Virus record (IMG/VR): IMGVR_UViG_3300021511_000005
Coordinates: 32,001-96,000 of that record
Source: a virus
Direction: 5' to 3' (one strand)
DNA length: 64,000 nt
A program made the position numbers and the translations under genes. The notes under the pieces are model-generated. The model did no database searches. It was not told the DNA's origin and saw nothing but the letters and a program-made list of their open reading frames with translations. Shown here one piece after another: positions 7,657 through 17,262 of this stretch (position 1 is the stretch's first letter; each line of letters opens with the position of its first letter).

Positions 7657-8788
7657 GTCAGCCACCGCCCAGAAGAAGGCCACTAAGAAGACCACCAAGA
7701 AGGCCACCCCCAAGCGCAAGGGTGCGGGCAAGGTCAGTCCCAAGAAGCGGGCCACCCAGCTCCAGGTGATGGTGGAGGCCCGCGAGTTCCTGCAGCAGAA
7801 GCACGGCAAGGGTGCGGTTCGGATGATGAACGAGGTGGACAGTACCATCCCGGGCTATATCTCCACGCAGTCCTTGGCGTTGGACAAGCTCGTAGGCAAT
7901 GACGGGGTCCCGCAGAGTCGGATGATCGAGATCTACGGGCCGGAGGGGATCGGGAAGTCCACCATCAGCGATCATCTGATTGCCCAGGTCCAGAAGCTCG
8001 ACGGTGTGGCCTATCTGTGGGATACGGAGAACGCGCGGGACCACCGTTACATGGACCAGGTGGGCATCGTCCGCGGCCGCGCTATCCGCGTTGAGGCGGA
8101 CACGGTGGAGGCGGGTTACGCTATCGCTCAGGACACCATCGACTGGCATCTGGCCCATTACCCAGACCGGCTGGGGATCTGGGTCTGGGACACAGTGGCG
8201 GGAACGCCCACTGAAGCGGAGTTGGACCCCAGCAAGTCCAATGAACGCTTCGGGCCGGCGAAGATGATCCGCGGCATGTGCCGTGTGTTGACTCAGAGCC
8301 TCAAGAAGTCCCGCTGGATCTTCGTGGTGGTCAACCAGACCTATATCACGCAGAAGGGGCACTTCCCGGTAGTCAAGACCTACGGCGGTGAGGGGATCCC
8401 CTACTACAGCTCTGTTCGGCTTGAGTGCGGCTACCGGAGTCCGCAGTGGCGGACGACAACGTCCAAGGAGGCCGGCGAGGATCCGATTGGGCAGACCATC
8501 ATAGTCAAGTCGTCTAAGAACAAGACCTTTCCACCGTTGCGGTCAGAGAAGATCTACATCCGCTACGGCGAGGGCATCGATAACGTGTGGACGTTGTATG
8601 ACACGCTGTGTGGTGCCGGGATGATCACTCAGGCTGGGGGCTGGTACGAGCTGGACTGGCCGGAGGTGGCGGGCAAATACCCCAAGTGGCAGAGCGGCTA
8701 CGACGGGTTGAAGCAGCTCTGCTCGGAGAACGTGGATCTGTGGAGAGACGTGATTCTGGGCTATCAGGCGCTGGAGAAGAGGCGATGA
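7649..8788 (+). CDS. recA: RecA/UvsX recombinase with Lys-rich N-terminal extension
   Basis: 'ISTQSLALD..G..GVP..RMIEIYGPEGIGKS', 'WDTE', 'DTVA', 'VNQ', 'TYGG..IPYYSSVR', 'KNK'. Confidence 0.92.
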   Translation: MAKSATAQKKATKKTTKKATPKRKGAGKVSPKKRATQLQVMVEAREFLQQKHGKGAVRMMNEVDSTIPGYISTQSLALDKLVGNDGVPQSRMIEIYGPEGIGKSTISDHLIAQVQKLDGVAYLWDTENARDHRYMDQVGIVRGRAIRVEADTVEAGYAIAQDTIDWHLAHYPDRLGIWVWDTVAGTPTEAELDPSKSNERFGPAKMIRGMCRVLTQSLKKSRWIFVVVNQTYITQKGHFPVVKTYGGEGIPYYSSVRLECGYRSPQWRTTTSKEAGEDPIGQTIIVKSSKNKTFPPLRSEKIYIRYGEGIDNVWTLYDTLCGAGMITQAGGWYELDWPEVAGKYPKWQSGYDGLKQLCSENVDLWRDVILGYQALEKRR

Positions 8789-9420
8789 GCAACGGACAAC
8801 CGGCGGAGGCCTACCCCCTATATTGGCCGGAGAGCTGGACGAGGACCGCTCCGCATAAGCGTCAGCGAGCCGCCTACAAGGTTAGCCCGGGCCGGGCCAT
8901 GGACGACCTTCAGGCGGAGCTGCGGCGTTTCAACGCACTCTACGTGGTCATCAGCTCCAACATCCCGTTGCGGCTCGATGGGTTGCCCAGGGCCAACAGC
9001 ATGGACCGGCTCTACGATGATCCAGGCGTGGCGGTCTACTTCAGCCGCTACGATGAGACCAGCCGCGAGCACATCCCCCACGTCATGGCCTGTGACCGCT
9101 GGGACCTGGTCCACCACAATATGCGCGCGGTGGGCCAGACCATCGAGGCCATGCGGACCATCGAGCGGACGGGAGCGCTTGAGCTACTCAATCGGGCCTT
9201 CGAGGGCTTCAAGGCTCTGCCGCCGGCGGAGAAGCCGAAGCGGCCCTGGTGGGAGGTCTTCGGTCTGCAGAAGGAAGGGACGAGCCTCCTGGTGGTGGAG
9301 GCTGTCTACAAGGCCCGGGCCCAGGAAACCCATCCCGACAAGGGAGGCGATGAGGATGCCTTCAAGGAGCTGGGTCAGGCCCTGGAGGACGCTAAGGTGG
9401 ATCTCGAGGAGGCCCGGTAG
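8785..9420 (+). CDS. J-domain (DnaJ-like) protein
   Basis: C-terminal 'WWEVFG...YKARAQETHPDKGG' with the HPD motif. Confidence 0.8.
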   Translation: MSNGQPAEAYPLYWPESWTRTAPHKRQRAAYKVSPGRAMDDLQAELRRFNALYVVISSNIPLRLDGLPRANSMDRLYDDPGVAVYFSRYDETSREHIPHVMACDRWDLVHHNMRAVGQTIEAMRTIERTGALELLNRAFEGFKALPPAEKPKRPWWEVFGLQKEGTSLLVVEAVYKARAQETHPDKGGDEDAFKELGQALEDAKVDLEEAR

Positions 9421-9734
9421 TGACAGATCGCCCCGATATCGTCAGAGAGCTAGTAGGCCCGCACCAGTCGTTGAACCTGATCCAGTCCGCGGTGGACGAT
9501 CTGAAGACCACGCTGGAGGCGTGTCCGAGCCAGGAGGACCCGTTGACCAGCCCCGTCTACAGAACCTGGGACCGTCGCGTCTGCATGAAGTTGGGTGCGG
9601 CTTTCGGCCATATACGCCATGCCCAGGCCTGCGGGCACATCACACCGGACGTCTACCACAAGATTTATCTTGAGCTGCTGGGCATCACGACGCGCCAGGC
9701 CGCGGCCGTGGAGATGGGGCTCCAGAAGCCATGA
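9420..9734 (+). CDS. hypothetical protein
   Basis: Coupled ORF in operon, GC3-rich codons. Confidence 0.6.
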   Translation: MTDRPDIVRELVGPHQSLNLIQSAVDDLKTTLEACPSQEDPLTSPVYRTWDRRVCMKLGAAFGHIRHAQACGHITPDVYHKIYLELLGITTRQAAAVEMGLQKP

Positions 9735-9874
9735 AGTGGTTGGCAAGGATAGCTCCCCTATTCATCGGGGCTGGGGCGGTCTTACTCTGGAGCGCCAACG
9801 GCCGGTGGTGGCTTTTGTTGCCGGGCGTGGTTTTGTTCGCGGCCGGGTTGGCCGTTAGTCAGGCGCGTCCATGA
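9731..9874 (+). CDS. small membrane protein (47 aa, two hydrophobic segments)
   Basis: MKWLARIAPLFIGAGAVLLWSANGRWWLLLPGVVLFAAGLAVSQARP; ATGA overlaps at both ends. Confidence 0.55.
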   Translation: MKWLARIAPLFIGAGAVLLWSANGRWWLLLPGVVLFAAGLAVSQARP

Positions 9875-10182
9875 GTCGTGGTTGGTCTGTCAACCTGTCC
9901 CTGGTGGGTCAGTCCCAGGAGATCGACTTGCCCGCTCCCCCGTTGTTCCAGACGAGCGTGGGGCCAGTGGTGGAGCTGGTCTTCTGGAGCCTGTTGGTGG
10001 AGCGCTGGATGCACGCGGTCAGTGAGCATTTCGAACGCGAGCTGCCATTGGGTCACGTTCAGGTGACCTACGGCGATTTGACCTGGATTCGCCGGGTGGC
10101 GGCTCGATCGGGTATCGAGGGTTTGCGGGAGTGCGTTTCCGATTTGGAGGAGTTCCAGCTCCCGAGCAAGGGGGAGGGATGA
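9871..10182 (+). CDS. hypothetical protein
   Basis: ATGA-coupled ORF. Confidence 0.55.
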   Translation: MSRGWSVNLSLVGQSQEIDLPAPPLFQTSVGPVVELVFWSLLVERWMHAVSEHFERELPLGHVQVTYGDLTWIRRVAARSGIEGLRECVSDLEEFQLPSKGEG

Positions 10183-10433
10183 GGCCTCCTGTACAAGTTG
10201 ATGTCCGATACGACGGAGATCCCCATAACGATGAAACTATCTTGAGCACGATGATGTGGGAGGCACCGCGGGCGGGGGAGCATCTGTGGTTGATCCAAGG
10301 AGAGGGCTCTGATCCCTGGCCGCCATTCGGTCATACGTCGTGGACGGTGACGTCTGTGGCCCATTGGATCTCGGAGGGCGGATATCACCACGTTTGCGTG
10401 TACGCCAAGCCGACGGAAGGCGCCGATGGCTAA
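10179..10433 (+). CDS. hypothetical protein
   Basis: SD GGAGG; overlaps the polymerase start. Confidence 0.55.
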   Translation: MRPPVQVDVRYDGDPHNDETILSTMMWEAPRAGEHLWLIQGEGSDPWPPFGHTSWTVTSVAHWISEGGYHHVCVYAKPTEGADG

Positions 10434-12489
10434 GCGCAGACCCAAGCCCGGAGCCATGGGCCACATATTCGACCAGGACGTGGACTGGGAGGTGGTCCAG
10501 GACGGCGATCGGCTGGAGAAGGCGCTCCGCGAATTGGAGGATCAGAAGTTTATCGGTTGGGACACGGAGGGCACAGGCCTATCAACTTTCAGGGGGGCGC
10601 GGATCATTGGTCATAGCTTCGCTTGGAGGCAGTCTAACCAGCGGATGAAGGCGATCTATATTCCGATTCGGCATGAGTCGGAGCGAATTGGGCTGTCTCT
10701 CTTCAATGACGAGACCAATATGGACGCGGCTGCGGTTACTGAGGCGTTGAAGCCCGTCTTGGAGGACCAAAGCACCATGAAGGCGGCCCATCACGCCCGG
10801 CATGACATCCACATGGCCCATGCCGATGGTATCAAGCCGGCCGGACGATTCACGGACACGGTTATCGCGTGCAAACTGATAGATGAGACCTGGCATAACC
10901 ACCAGCTCGAGACGTGCCTCAGTAAGGCGAAGTTGCCTCACGATCCCGACTGGAAGAGCACGATGACCGGCGAAGTTGAGCGAGTGGCCAAGCTGATGAA
11001 GCAGGGGCCCAAGGCGCACAAGGAGGAGCACGGTTACAAGTTCGGCTCGATTGGCGTGGTGGGGCGCTACGCTTGTCAGGACGCGGCCTACGAGCTGCGG
11101 TTGGCTGAATGGGCACTGCCTCAAGTAGAGAGCAAGTGGCCGGACATCTGGCGGATGGAGTCGGAGCTGCTGTGGGTCGTGCTGGATATGGAGCGCAAGG
11201 GGGTCCCCATTGATCCAGACAAGCTCCGCCGATTGTCGGAGGTGGCCTTCAAGGAACAGGCGCATCTGGCCCCGCAGGTCTGGGGCGCGGCAGGCTTCGA
11301 GTTCGACCTGGGCAACGATAACGCTGTCCGTGAAGCCCTATTCGAGCGGCTGGGCTTTCCGGTTCTGGGGACGACCAAGCACAAGACCCCCCAGGTGGAT
11401 GACGATACGCTGTGGAAGCTCGAGCTGGGGATCCGCGTCGAGGACAAGGACAAGGAGCGGGTTCGGAAGCTGGTCAAGCCCTTGCGGGAGTGGCGCGACT
11501 TCCAGAAGATCAAGACCACCTACACCTTGGGCTTGATCGAGCTGGCCGACGCCAACAGCATCCTTCATGCTGAGCTGGACCAGGGCGGTGCCAAGACTGG
11601 CCGTCTGTCCTGCCGCAACCCCAACCTTCAGAACATCCCGGTCCGGACCAAGCTGGGTCGCCGCGTCCGCGAGGCTTTCCACGCGCGGGAGGGGATGGTC
11701 CGCTACTGCCTGGACTATTCCCAGGTGGAGCTGCGGGTCTTGGCCCACTTGACCAAGGATCCGCTGTTGCTCAAGGTGTACCGCGAGGGGCTGGACGCCC
11801 ACGCCACCACGGCTATCGAGGCCTTCGGCACGTCGGGCAAGGTCGGAGGCGTGGACATGCGGAAGATCGCCAAGATTCTTAACTTCGGGACCAGCTTCTG
11901 CATGACCGAGGTGGGGCTGATGGGCAACGTCAACAAGGACCTACCCGAGGGCGTCCCGTGGATCACCGAGAACAAGGCCAAGGACTTCCAGGCACGGTTC
12001 TACGCCAAGTACAGCTCCATCATCGGATTCCGTGAGTACCTGTGGCGCTGTGTCGAAGCGCACCCCCAGCATTACTTCGAGAATCTGTACAAGCGGCCGC
12101 GGCGGATGGGGCGGGGCTTTGACTTCGGTGCGCCGAAGTGGGTCCGTCGGATGGTGGAGCGACAGACGATTGCGTCCATGGTCCAGGGCTCCGCGGCGGA
12201 CATGATCAAGTTTTCGATGGTCGAGACGTGGAAGTATCTCAAGTCCCAGCAGGACTGTGAGGCGGACATGGTCCTGATGGTTCACGACGATCTGCAATTC
12301 GATATGATGCCCCGCGGCTCTGCCAAGGTGATCCGGGAGATCAAGGCCATCATGGAGGACACGGGTGTCCGCGAGCTGAAGCGGATCAGCGGAAAGGACT
12401 TCGCGGTCCCGGTGGTGGTGGACGTCGAATACTTCGCGAGTCCGGACGGCAACTGGGCCCACAAGCACAAAATGGAACTTGGAGGATAA
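10426..12489 (+). CDS. polA: family A DNA polymerase (3'-5' exonuclease + polymerase, no 5' nuclease)
   Basis: ExoI DTE, ExoIII YACQD, 'TGRLS..NPNLQNIP', motif A DYSQVELR, motif B RKIAKILNFG, motif C VHDD. Confidence 0.95.
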   Translation: MAKRRPKPGAMGHIFDQDVDWEVVQDGDRLEKALRELEDQKFIGWDTEGTGLSTFRGARIIGHSFAWRQSNQRMKAIYIPIRHESERIGLSLFNDETNMDAAAVTEALKPVLEDQSTMKAAHHARHDIHMAHADGIKPAGRFTDTVIACKLIDETWHNHQLETCLSKAKLPHDPDWKSTMTGEVERVAKLMKQGPKAHKEEHGYKFGSIGVVGRYACQDAAYELRLAEWALPQVESKWPDIWRMESELLWVVLDMERKGVPIDPDKLRRLSEVAFKEQAHLAPQVWGAAGFEFDLGNDNAVREALFERLGFPVLGTTKHKTPQVDDDTLWKLELGIRVEDKDKERVRKLVKPLREWRDFQKIKTTYTLGLIELADANSILHAELDQGGAKTGRLSCRNPNLQNIPVRTKLGRRVREAFHAREGMVRYCLDYSQVELRVLAHLTKDPLLLKVYREGLDAHATTAIEAFGTSGKVGGVDMRKIAKILNFGTSFCMTEVGLMGNVNKDLPEGVPWITENKAKDFQARFYAKYSSIIGFREYLWRCVEAHPQHYFENLYKRPRRMGRGFDFGAPKWVRRMVERQTIASMVQGSAADMIKFSMVETWKYLKSQQDCEADMVLMVHDDLQFDMMPRGSAKVIREIKAIMEDTGVRELKRISGKDFAVPVVVDVEYFASPDGNWAHKHKMELGG

Positions 12490-12490
12490 G

Positions 12491-13021
12491 ATGGGTGGAC
12501 GTAACTGGAAACCTGAGCACATCGCGGCTGTGTTGAAGCTCCGGCACTTGTTGGGGAGTCATTGCAATGAGGCCATTATCAAGGTGTTGCGTTGGCAGGA
12601 TCGTGAAATCTTCGGCTATCGGGGGCGAGCGCCTCGGACGGCTGGGGCGATCGATAGTCTGGTCTCGCTGATCAAGAAAGGCGAGCGCCATGCTGCGGTC
12701 TTGAAGCGGCTGGGCGTGGAGCCGGGGACTTTCCGGGGTGTGATGACGATGAACACCCGGGGGCTGGCGGGTTGGCCTGCGACGGAGAAGAAGATCCGAC
12801 GCGAGATAAACAAGTTCAACAAGGAGAGGGGGCGCAAGACTGATCAGATGCCCTTGCCCCAGCTCCGGGCCAAACGGGCGCCGCCTAAGCAGCCGCCGGG
12901 TTTGGGACGGACTCCGGAGCAGGAGGCCCAAGTGGCGTTGGATGATCTGATCAAGGCGCAGGAGCAAGTATCCGCGGCTCGTAAGCGGCTAGATCGGGCT
13001 TACCGGGAGATGAGTGGGTGA
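12491..13021 (+). CDS. hypothetical basic protein
   Basis: SD GGAGG before ATG 12491. Confidence 0.6.
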   Translation: MGGRNWKPEHIAAVLKLRHLLGSHCNEAIIKVLRWQDREIFGYRGRAPRTAGAIDSLVSLIKKGERHAAVLKRLGVEPGTFRGVMTMNTRGLAGWPATEKKIRREINKFNKERGRKTDQMPLPQLRAKRAPPKQPPGLGRTPEQEAQVALDDLIKAQEQVSAARKRLDRAYREMSG

Positions 13022-14079
13022 TTATCCTGTCAGACTTGCACTTGAAGGAGGCCAACGAACACCTGGTCTGGGAGGTCCTGGACCGGGTGGAAGAGCTGGC
13101 CGTGGAGGATCCGGACTGCCGGGTGGTCTTCACCGGTGACTGGTGGCAGCTCCGCTATCAGGTCTCTGTCCGCTTGTTGAACTTGGTCCACGAGCGGCTG
13201 ACTCGTTGGGTCGCGCGGGACATCAACGTGGACTTGGTTCCGGGCAACCACGACCAGGTGACGGTCCAGGGCGTTAACGCGTTGGAGATCCTGGCGCGGG
13301 ACGGCGTGGACGTGTGGACGGAGCCGGGGATCAGCGAGGTCCGCGAGGGTTGGCCGGGCCGGTGGTGCGGCTACGTCCCCTACCGCAAGGATCCGGAGGG
13401 GCAGCTGGCCGCGTTGGAGGCGGTCTTGGGGGCGCTCCGGGTCGAGGAGGCGGCGCATCCGGTGGTCTTCGGACACTTCGGGGTCCACGGGGCCTTGATG
13501 AACAACGGACAGAAGGACCGCGGAGGGCTCGAGGCCGGCGATCAAGACAGCTACCTCTTGGTCCTGGGGCATTACCACAAGCACCACGCGCCGGCGCCGG
13601 GGGTGGTCTACGTCGGCAGTCCCTTCCAGCATACCTTTGGGGAGGTCGGTAACCGGACCGGCGTGGGCCGTGTTCTGTGGGTCGATGGGGGCGTGGTCTT
13701 CGATCAAATCGAGCTGGACGTGGGACCGAAGCATTACGTGGTGTCCTGGGACGTCGCGAAGGAGGAGAGGCCGCCGGCGCCGGAGTCTCTGGTCAACGGG
13801 CAGCCGCGGCCGCAGGACAAGGTCCGCGTGGACATCGTGGCCCCGCCGAGCCTGATCAACAAGGACCTGACCAAGCGGCTGATGACGGCCGGCTACGAGG
13901 ACGCCCAGGTCAACGTCCAGCCGGCGCCGGAGAAGCGGGAGCATCGTTTCCCCCTGGTTCCGGGCGAGTCGCTGGTGGAGCTGGCGGAGCGGTTCGTGGC
14001 CCACCGGTTCGAGAAGCAGATCGATCCGGACGAGGATCCGCTGTGCCGCAAGCTTCATGAGTGGGCGGGTGAGCTATGA
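13018..14079 (+). CDS. sbcD: SbcD/Mre11 (gp47-like) metallophosphoesterase nuclease
   Basis: SDLH, GD, GNHD, GHYH, YVGSP motifs; adjacent to the SMC-type ATPase. Confidence 0.9.
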   Translation: MIILSDLHLKEANEHLVWEVLDRVEELAVEDPDCRVVFTGDWWQLRYQVSVRLLNLVHERLTRWVARDINVDLVPGNHDQVTVQGVNALEILARDGVDVWTEPGISEVREGWPGRWCGYVPYRKDPEGQLAALEAVLGALRVEEAAHPVVFGHFGVHGALMNNGQKDRGGLEAGDQDSYLLVLGHYHKHHAPAPGVVYVGSPFQHTFGEVGNRTGVGRVLWVDGGVVFDQIELDVGPKHYVVSWDVAKEERPPAPESLVNGQPRPQDKVRVDIVAPPSLINKDLTKRLMTAGYEDAQVNVQPAPEKREHRFPLVPGESLVELAERFVAHRFEKQIDPDEDPLCRKLHEWAGEL

Positions 14080-16112
14080 GACTGATCGAGCTGGAGCTGG
14101 AGAATTTCCAGACCTATACCGGCGTTCACACGCTGGTCCTGGACAACCGCGGCCTGGTACAGGTCTCCGGCAACAACCTGGACGATCCGGGCAACAACGA
14201 CAACGGCGCCGGCAAGACGACGATCCTGGAGGCGCTGACTTGGTGTCTGTTCGGGGAGGGGCTACCTCGCAGCCAGGGCAACAAGGAGAAGGGCGTCCAG
14301 GCCGATGAGGTGATCCCCGACAACACGAAGGGCCAGACGCGGGTCACGGCCTATCTGATGGACGAGCAATTCGCGCCCACCCATATCGGCGTGGTCCGCT
14401 GGCGCAAGTACAAAGAGGGATCCAAGAAGCGGTCGAGCGGAGTCACTATCCGGGAGGATGGTCAGGACTTCACCTACCTGGACATGTCGGAGGGGAACAA
14501 GCATATCAAGAAGACCCTGGGCATCGACCGGGACATCTGGGTCCGGTCCGTCATCTTTGGTCAGGAATCCGCCTTCAACTTCTGCGAGGCGACGGCCAAG
14601 CAGCGGGCGGACATCTTGACCACGGTGATGGGGCTTGAGGAGCTGGACCGCTGGCTGGGGCGCTGCAGGGACGAGCGGACCAACCTCCGGCCGATCCTGG
14701 CCCGCGCCGAGGGGGCCCACGAGCAGCAGGCCCACCAGCTCGAGCAGGTCCGCGCCGAGAATCCAGCGGAGCGCGTCGAGGCGTGGGAGCAACAACGGCG
14801 GCAGCGGCTTGAGCAAGCCCGAGCCTACCGGGATGAGATCGAAGCCCATGGCAAAGACCAGAAGGCCAAGCTGGACGCGCTGCCGGCGCCGGAGCCTATC
14901 GAGGAACCGGCTCATGGCGTGGACCCCGCGCTGGAGGAGAGACATCACCAGCTCCGGACGCAGCACATCGCAGCGTGCGGTGAGGTGACACAGCGAGAAC
15001 GGACGCTGGCTGAGCTGGTAGGGAGTTTGGACAGCTTGCGGGACTTCAACCAGAAGGCGACGTGCCCAGTCTGTCTCCAGGATATCCAAGAGGAGCACAA
15101 GCGATCCTGTGAGCAAGAAGCAGCGCAGCGGTGCCACAACGCGCAGATTGAATTGGAGGCGGCCAAGGCTGCCGTACCGGTGACGGAGCAGGCCTTCGCG
15201 GCCGCGGACGCGGAGCTGAAGGAGGTCCGCCAGCAGCTGGCCCGGGCGTGCGAGTACTACGACGTCCACAAGGCTCGCAATGCGCGGCTGAGCATGGATC
15301 GGCTCACCCTGGAGCAGGCCGTCAAGCTGGATCGCAGCAACTGGCAAACGGCCAACACACGGGTCCTGGAGATCGAGACCGAAGTGAATCCCCATCTGGA
15401 CCTGGAGCAACTGTGGCGGGCGAAGGTGAGCAGGCTCGAGCAAGAGCGGGCCGCTAGCCAGGCCGCGGTGGATGATCTTCAGGAGCAGATGGGCGTCTTG
15501 GATTGGTGGGCCGCCGAGTTTCCGCGGTTCAAGACCTGGTTGTTCGATAGTGTAGTGGACAGCCTGGCCGCGGAGGCCAATCGCTGGATCAAGGTGATGA
15601 CCGGCGGCGTACTGTGGATCCAGGTCTCGACACAGCGGGAGCTGGCCAAGGGAGCGTTGAAGGACGAGCTAGACGTCCAGCTCTATCGCTGGAACCCGGA
15701 CGGGTCTATCACGAGCCGGCCCTATCGTGTATGGTCCGGGGGCGAGAAGCGCCGGGTGGCGTTGGCGGTGGACCTGGGGTTGTCCAGACTGATGGCCCAG
15801 CGAGCCTCCAAGCCCTATCGCTTCTTGGCGCTTGATGAAGTAGACCGCCATCTGGACACCCAGGGGCGGGAAGGCCTGCGGCAAGTCCTGGAGGAGTTAC
15901 GACGCGAGCGAGAGACCACCTTGGTCATCACGCACGATCCCGAGTTCCGCGCGTCATTCGATCGGGAGATCCGGGTCACCAAGCACGGGGGCTCGAGCAC
16001 AATGGAGACCATCAATCATGGGCAAGAAACGAGAGATCAAGCAGACGCGGACCCGGAAGGTCGCCAAGAGGACGAAGCCGCGCACCAAGAAGCAAGTTCT
16101 CCGCCGGCCTGA
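14076..16112 (+). CDS. sbcC: SbcC/Rad50 (gp46-like) ATPase
   Basis: Walker A NGAGKTT, Q-loop FGQ, zinc hook CPVC within coiled coil, signature SGGE, Walker B LDE, ITH. Confidence 0.92.
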   Translation: MRLIELELENFQTYTGVHTLVLDNRGLVQVSGNNLDDPGNNDNGAGKTTILEALTWCLFGEGLPRSQGNKEKGVQADEVIPDNTKGQTRVTAYLMDEQFAPTHIGVVRWRKYKEGSKKRSSGVTIREDGQDFTYLDMSEGNKHIKKTLGIDRDIWVRSVIFGQESAFNFCEATAKQRADILTTVMGLEELDRWLGRCRDERTNLRPILARAEGAHEQQAHQLEQVRAENPAERVEAWEQQRRQRLEQARAYRDEIEAHGKDQKAKLDALPAPEPIEEPAHGVDPALEERHHQLRTQHIAACGEVTQRERTLAELVGSLDSLRDFNQKATCPVCLQDIQEEHKRSCEQEAAQRCHNAQIELEAAKAAVPVTEQAFAAADAELKEVRQQLARACEYYDVHKARNARLSMDRLTLEQAVKLDRSNWQTANTRVLEIETEVNPHLDLEQLWRAKVSRLEQERAASQAAVDDLQEQMGVLDWWAAEFPRFKTWLFDSVVDSLAAEANRWIKVMTGGVLWIQVSTQRELAKGALKDELDVQLYRWNPDGSITSRPYRVWSGGEKRRVALAVDLGLSRLMAQRASKPYRFLALDEVDRHLDTQGREGLRQVLEELRRERETTLVITHDPEFRASFDREIRVTKHGGSSTMETINHGQETRDQADADPEGRQEDEAAHQEASSPPA

Positions 16113-16632
16113 GTGGTACCGGCTCGAGGCGCTGTTTCGGGATGCGCCGGCCAACACGGTCAGCCAGGTGGACGGCGGCGATGTCGTCATGTGCGGATTC
16201 TTGCCTCCGGAGAACGAGGTGGCTCTGTGCCTGGCTCCGCCGTCGATCACCCATGAGCAGGGGCTGGCGCTTCAGAAGCTCCTGGAGGCCAACTTCCGCG
16301 CACCCGTGATGATCCTGACCAACAACATTCAGCTGGTTCGCCTGAAGCCCATCACGGAGGCGCTCGCGAACAAGGTGATCGCGGAGACCACTGGCGAGGT
16401 CGTTCAATTCGGACACGATGGAGAAGACGATGGGAGCGAAGTCGGGACCCAAAGGGAAAACGTTCGAGAGGAAAGTTGCCCAGCTGATGAGGGAGATCTA
16501 CGATCCGCCGGAGCTGCTGGCGGAGCTGGCGGACTTGTCGAAACTGGCGGCGAGGGCCGCGAAGGGGAAGAAGGGTCCGCTCCTGCAGACTCATCGGGAG
16601 CTTCAGAAGTCAAGCGCGGTCCGACGTTCTGA
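16018..16632 (+). CDS. hypothetical protein, basic N-terminus
   Basis: Coding-like frame overlapping both neighbours. Confidence 0.55.
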   Translation: MGKKREIKQTRTRKVAKRTKPRTKKQVLRRPEWYRLEALFRDAPANTVSQVDGGDVVMCGFLPPENEVALCLAPPSITHEQGLALQKLLEANFRAPVMILTNNIQLVRLKPITEALANKVIAETTGEVVQFGHDGEDDGSEVGTQRENVREESCPADEGDLRSAGAAGGAGGLVETGGEGREGEEGSAPADSSGASEVKRGPTF

Positions 16633-17074
16633 CCAGGGCAAGGGTGCCATAGAGCCCGATGTGGTGATCCGGGAGGGGCTCTGCCCTTGTTGGTTGGAAT
16701 GTCAGGACGCTGCGGGGATCAATTACAGGCCCAAGGCCAAGTACACGCAGGCATGCAGGGATGTGGTGGAGAGTCGGTCTCCGTTGTGGCCGGTGGCCAT
16801 CTGCCACAAGACCGGGGACCAGAAGATCGGCGTGTGGATCGGACTACCCCACCTGGTCCTGCTGGCCAACATGCAGCCGGGCGTTGGGCGGACCTGCGAG
16901 GCCGGACCGCTGAATCGCTGGTCCCAGGGCTTCGAGTTGCGGCAGCCCGTCCGCCTGGACCTGGAGGACTTCCTGTTGCTGCTGCGGGATGACAACTCAC
17001 GCCGCAATGTGCAGAGCAACAATGGGGCCAAGATGCTGGAGCGGCAGAATAACGCGCTGAAGAGGAACCAATGA
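16430..17074 (+). CDS. PD-(D/E)xK Holliday-junction-resolvase-like nuclease
   Basis: 'KGKTFERKVA', 'EPDVV', 'LECQ' (K replaced by Q), 'PVAICHK'; start at 16418 or 16430. Confidence 0.6.
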   Translation: MGAKSGPKGKTFERKVAQLMREIYDPPELLAELADLSKLAARAAKGKKGPLLQTHRELQKSSAVRRSDQGKGAIEPDVVIREGLCPCWLECQDAAGINYRPKAKYTQACRDVVESRSPLWPVAICHKTGDQKIGVWIGLPHLVLLANMQPGVGRTCEAGPLNRWSQGFELRQPVRLDLEDFLLLLRDDNSRRNVQSNNGAKMLERQNNALKRNQ

Positions 17075-17262
17075 ACGAATTAGGCGATAAGCTTTTCGAA
17101 TTAAGGAAGGCGCTCAAGGAGCAGGCCGAATTGATGAGGCGCTGGGCCGGGGAGTGCAGGATCTTTGGGTGGTCCACCCAGTTGGTGGAGCCGATGCGCC
17201 GCCAGGCGGATCTCCTTGATGAGCTGCTGATTCGCCACAGGCAAGGGGAGTCCGATGGCTGA
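17071..17262 (+). CDS. hypothetical protein
   Basis: Coupled ORF. Confidence 0.5.
   Translation: MNELGDKLFELRKALKEQAELMRRWAGECRIFGWSTQLVEPMRRQADLLDELLIRHRQGESDG

Noticed and set aside
16018-16632. Long gene overlaps (sbcC/16018, 16018/16430, 38800/38963, 39753/40720) as dual-coding regions
   Set aside because: The overlapping tails are G/E/D-rich off-frame run-on expected in GC-rich DNA; no motif or slippery site seen
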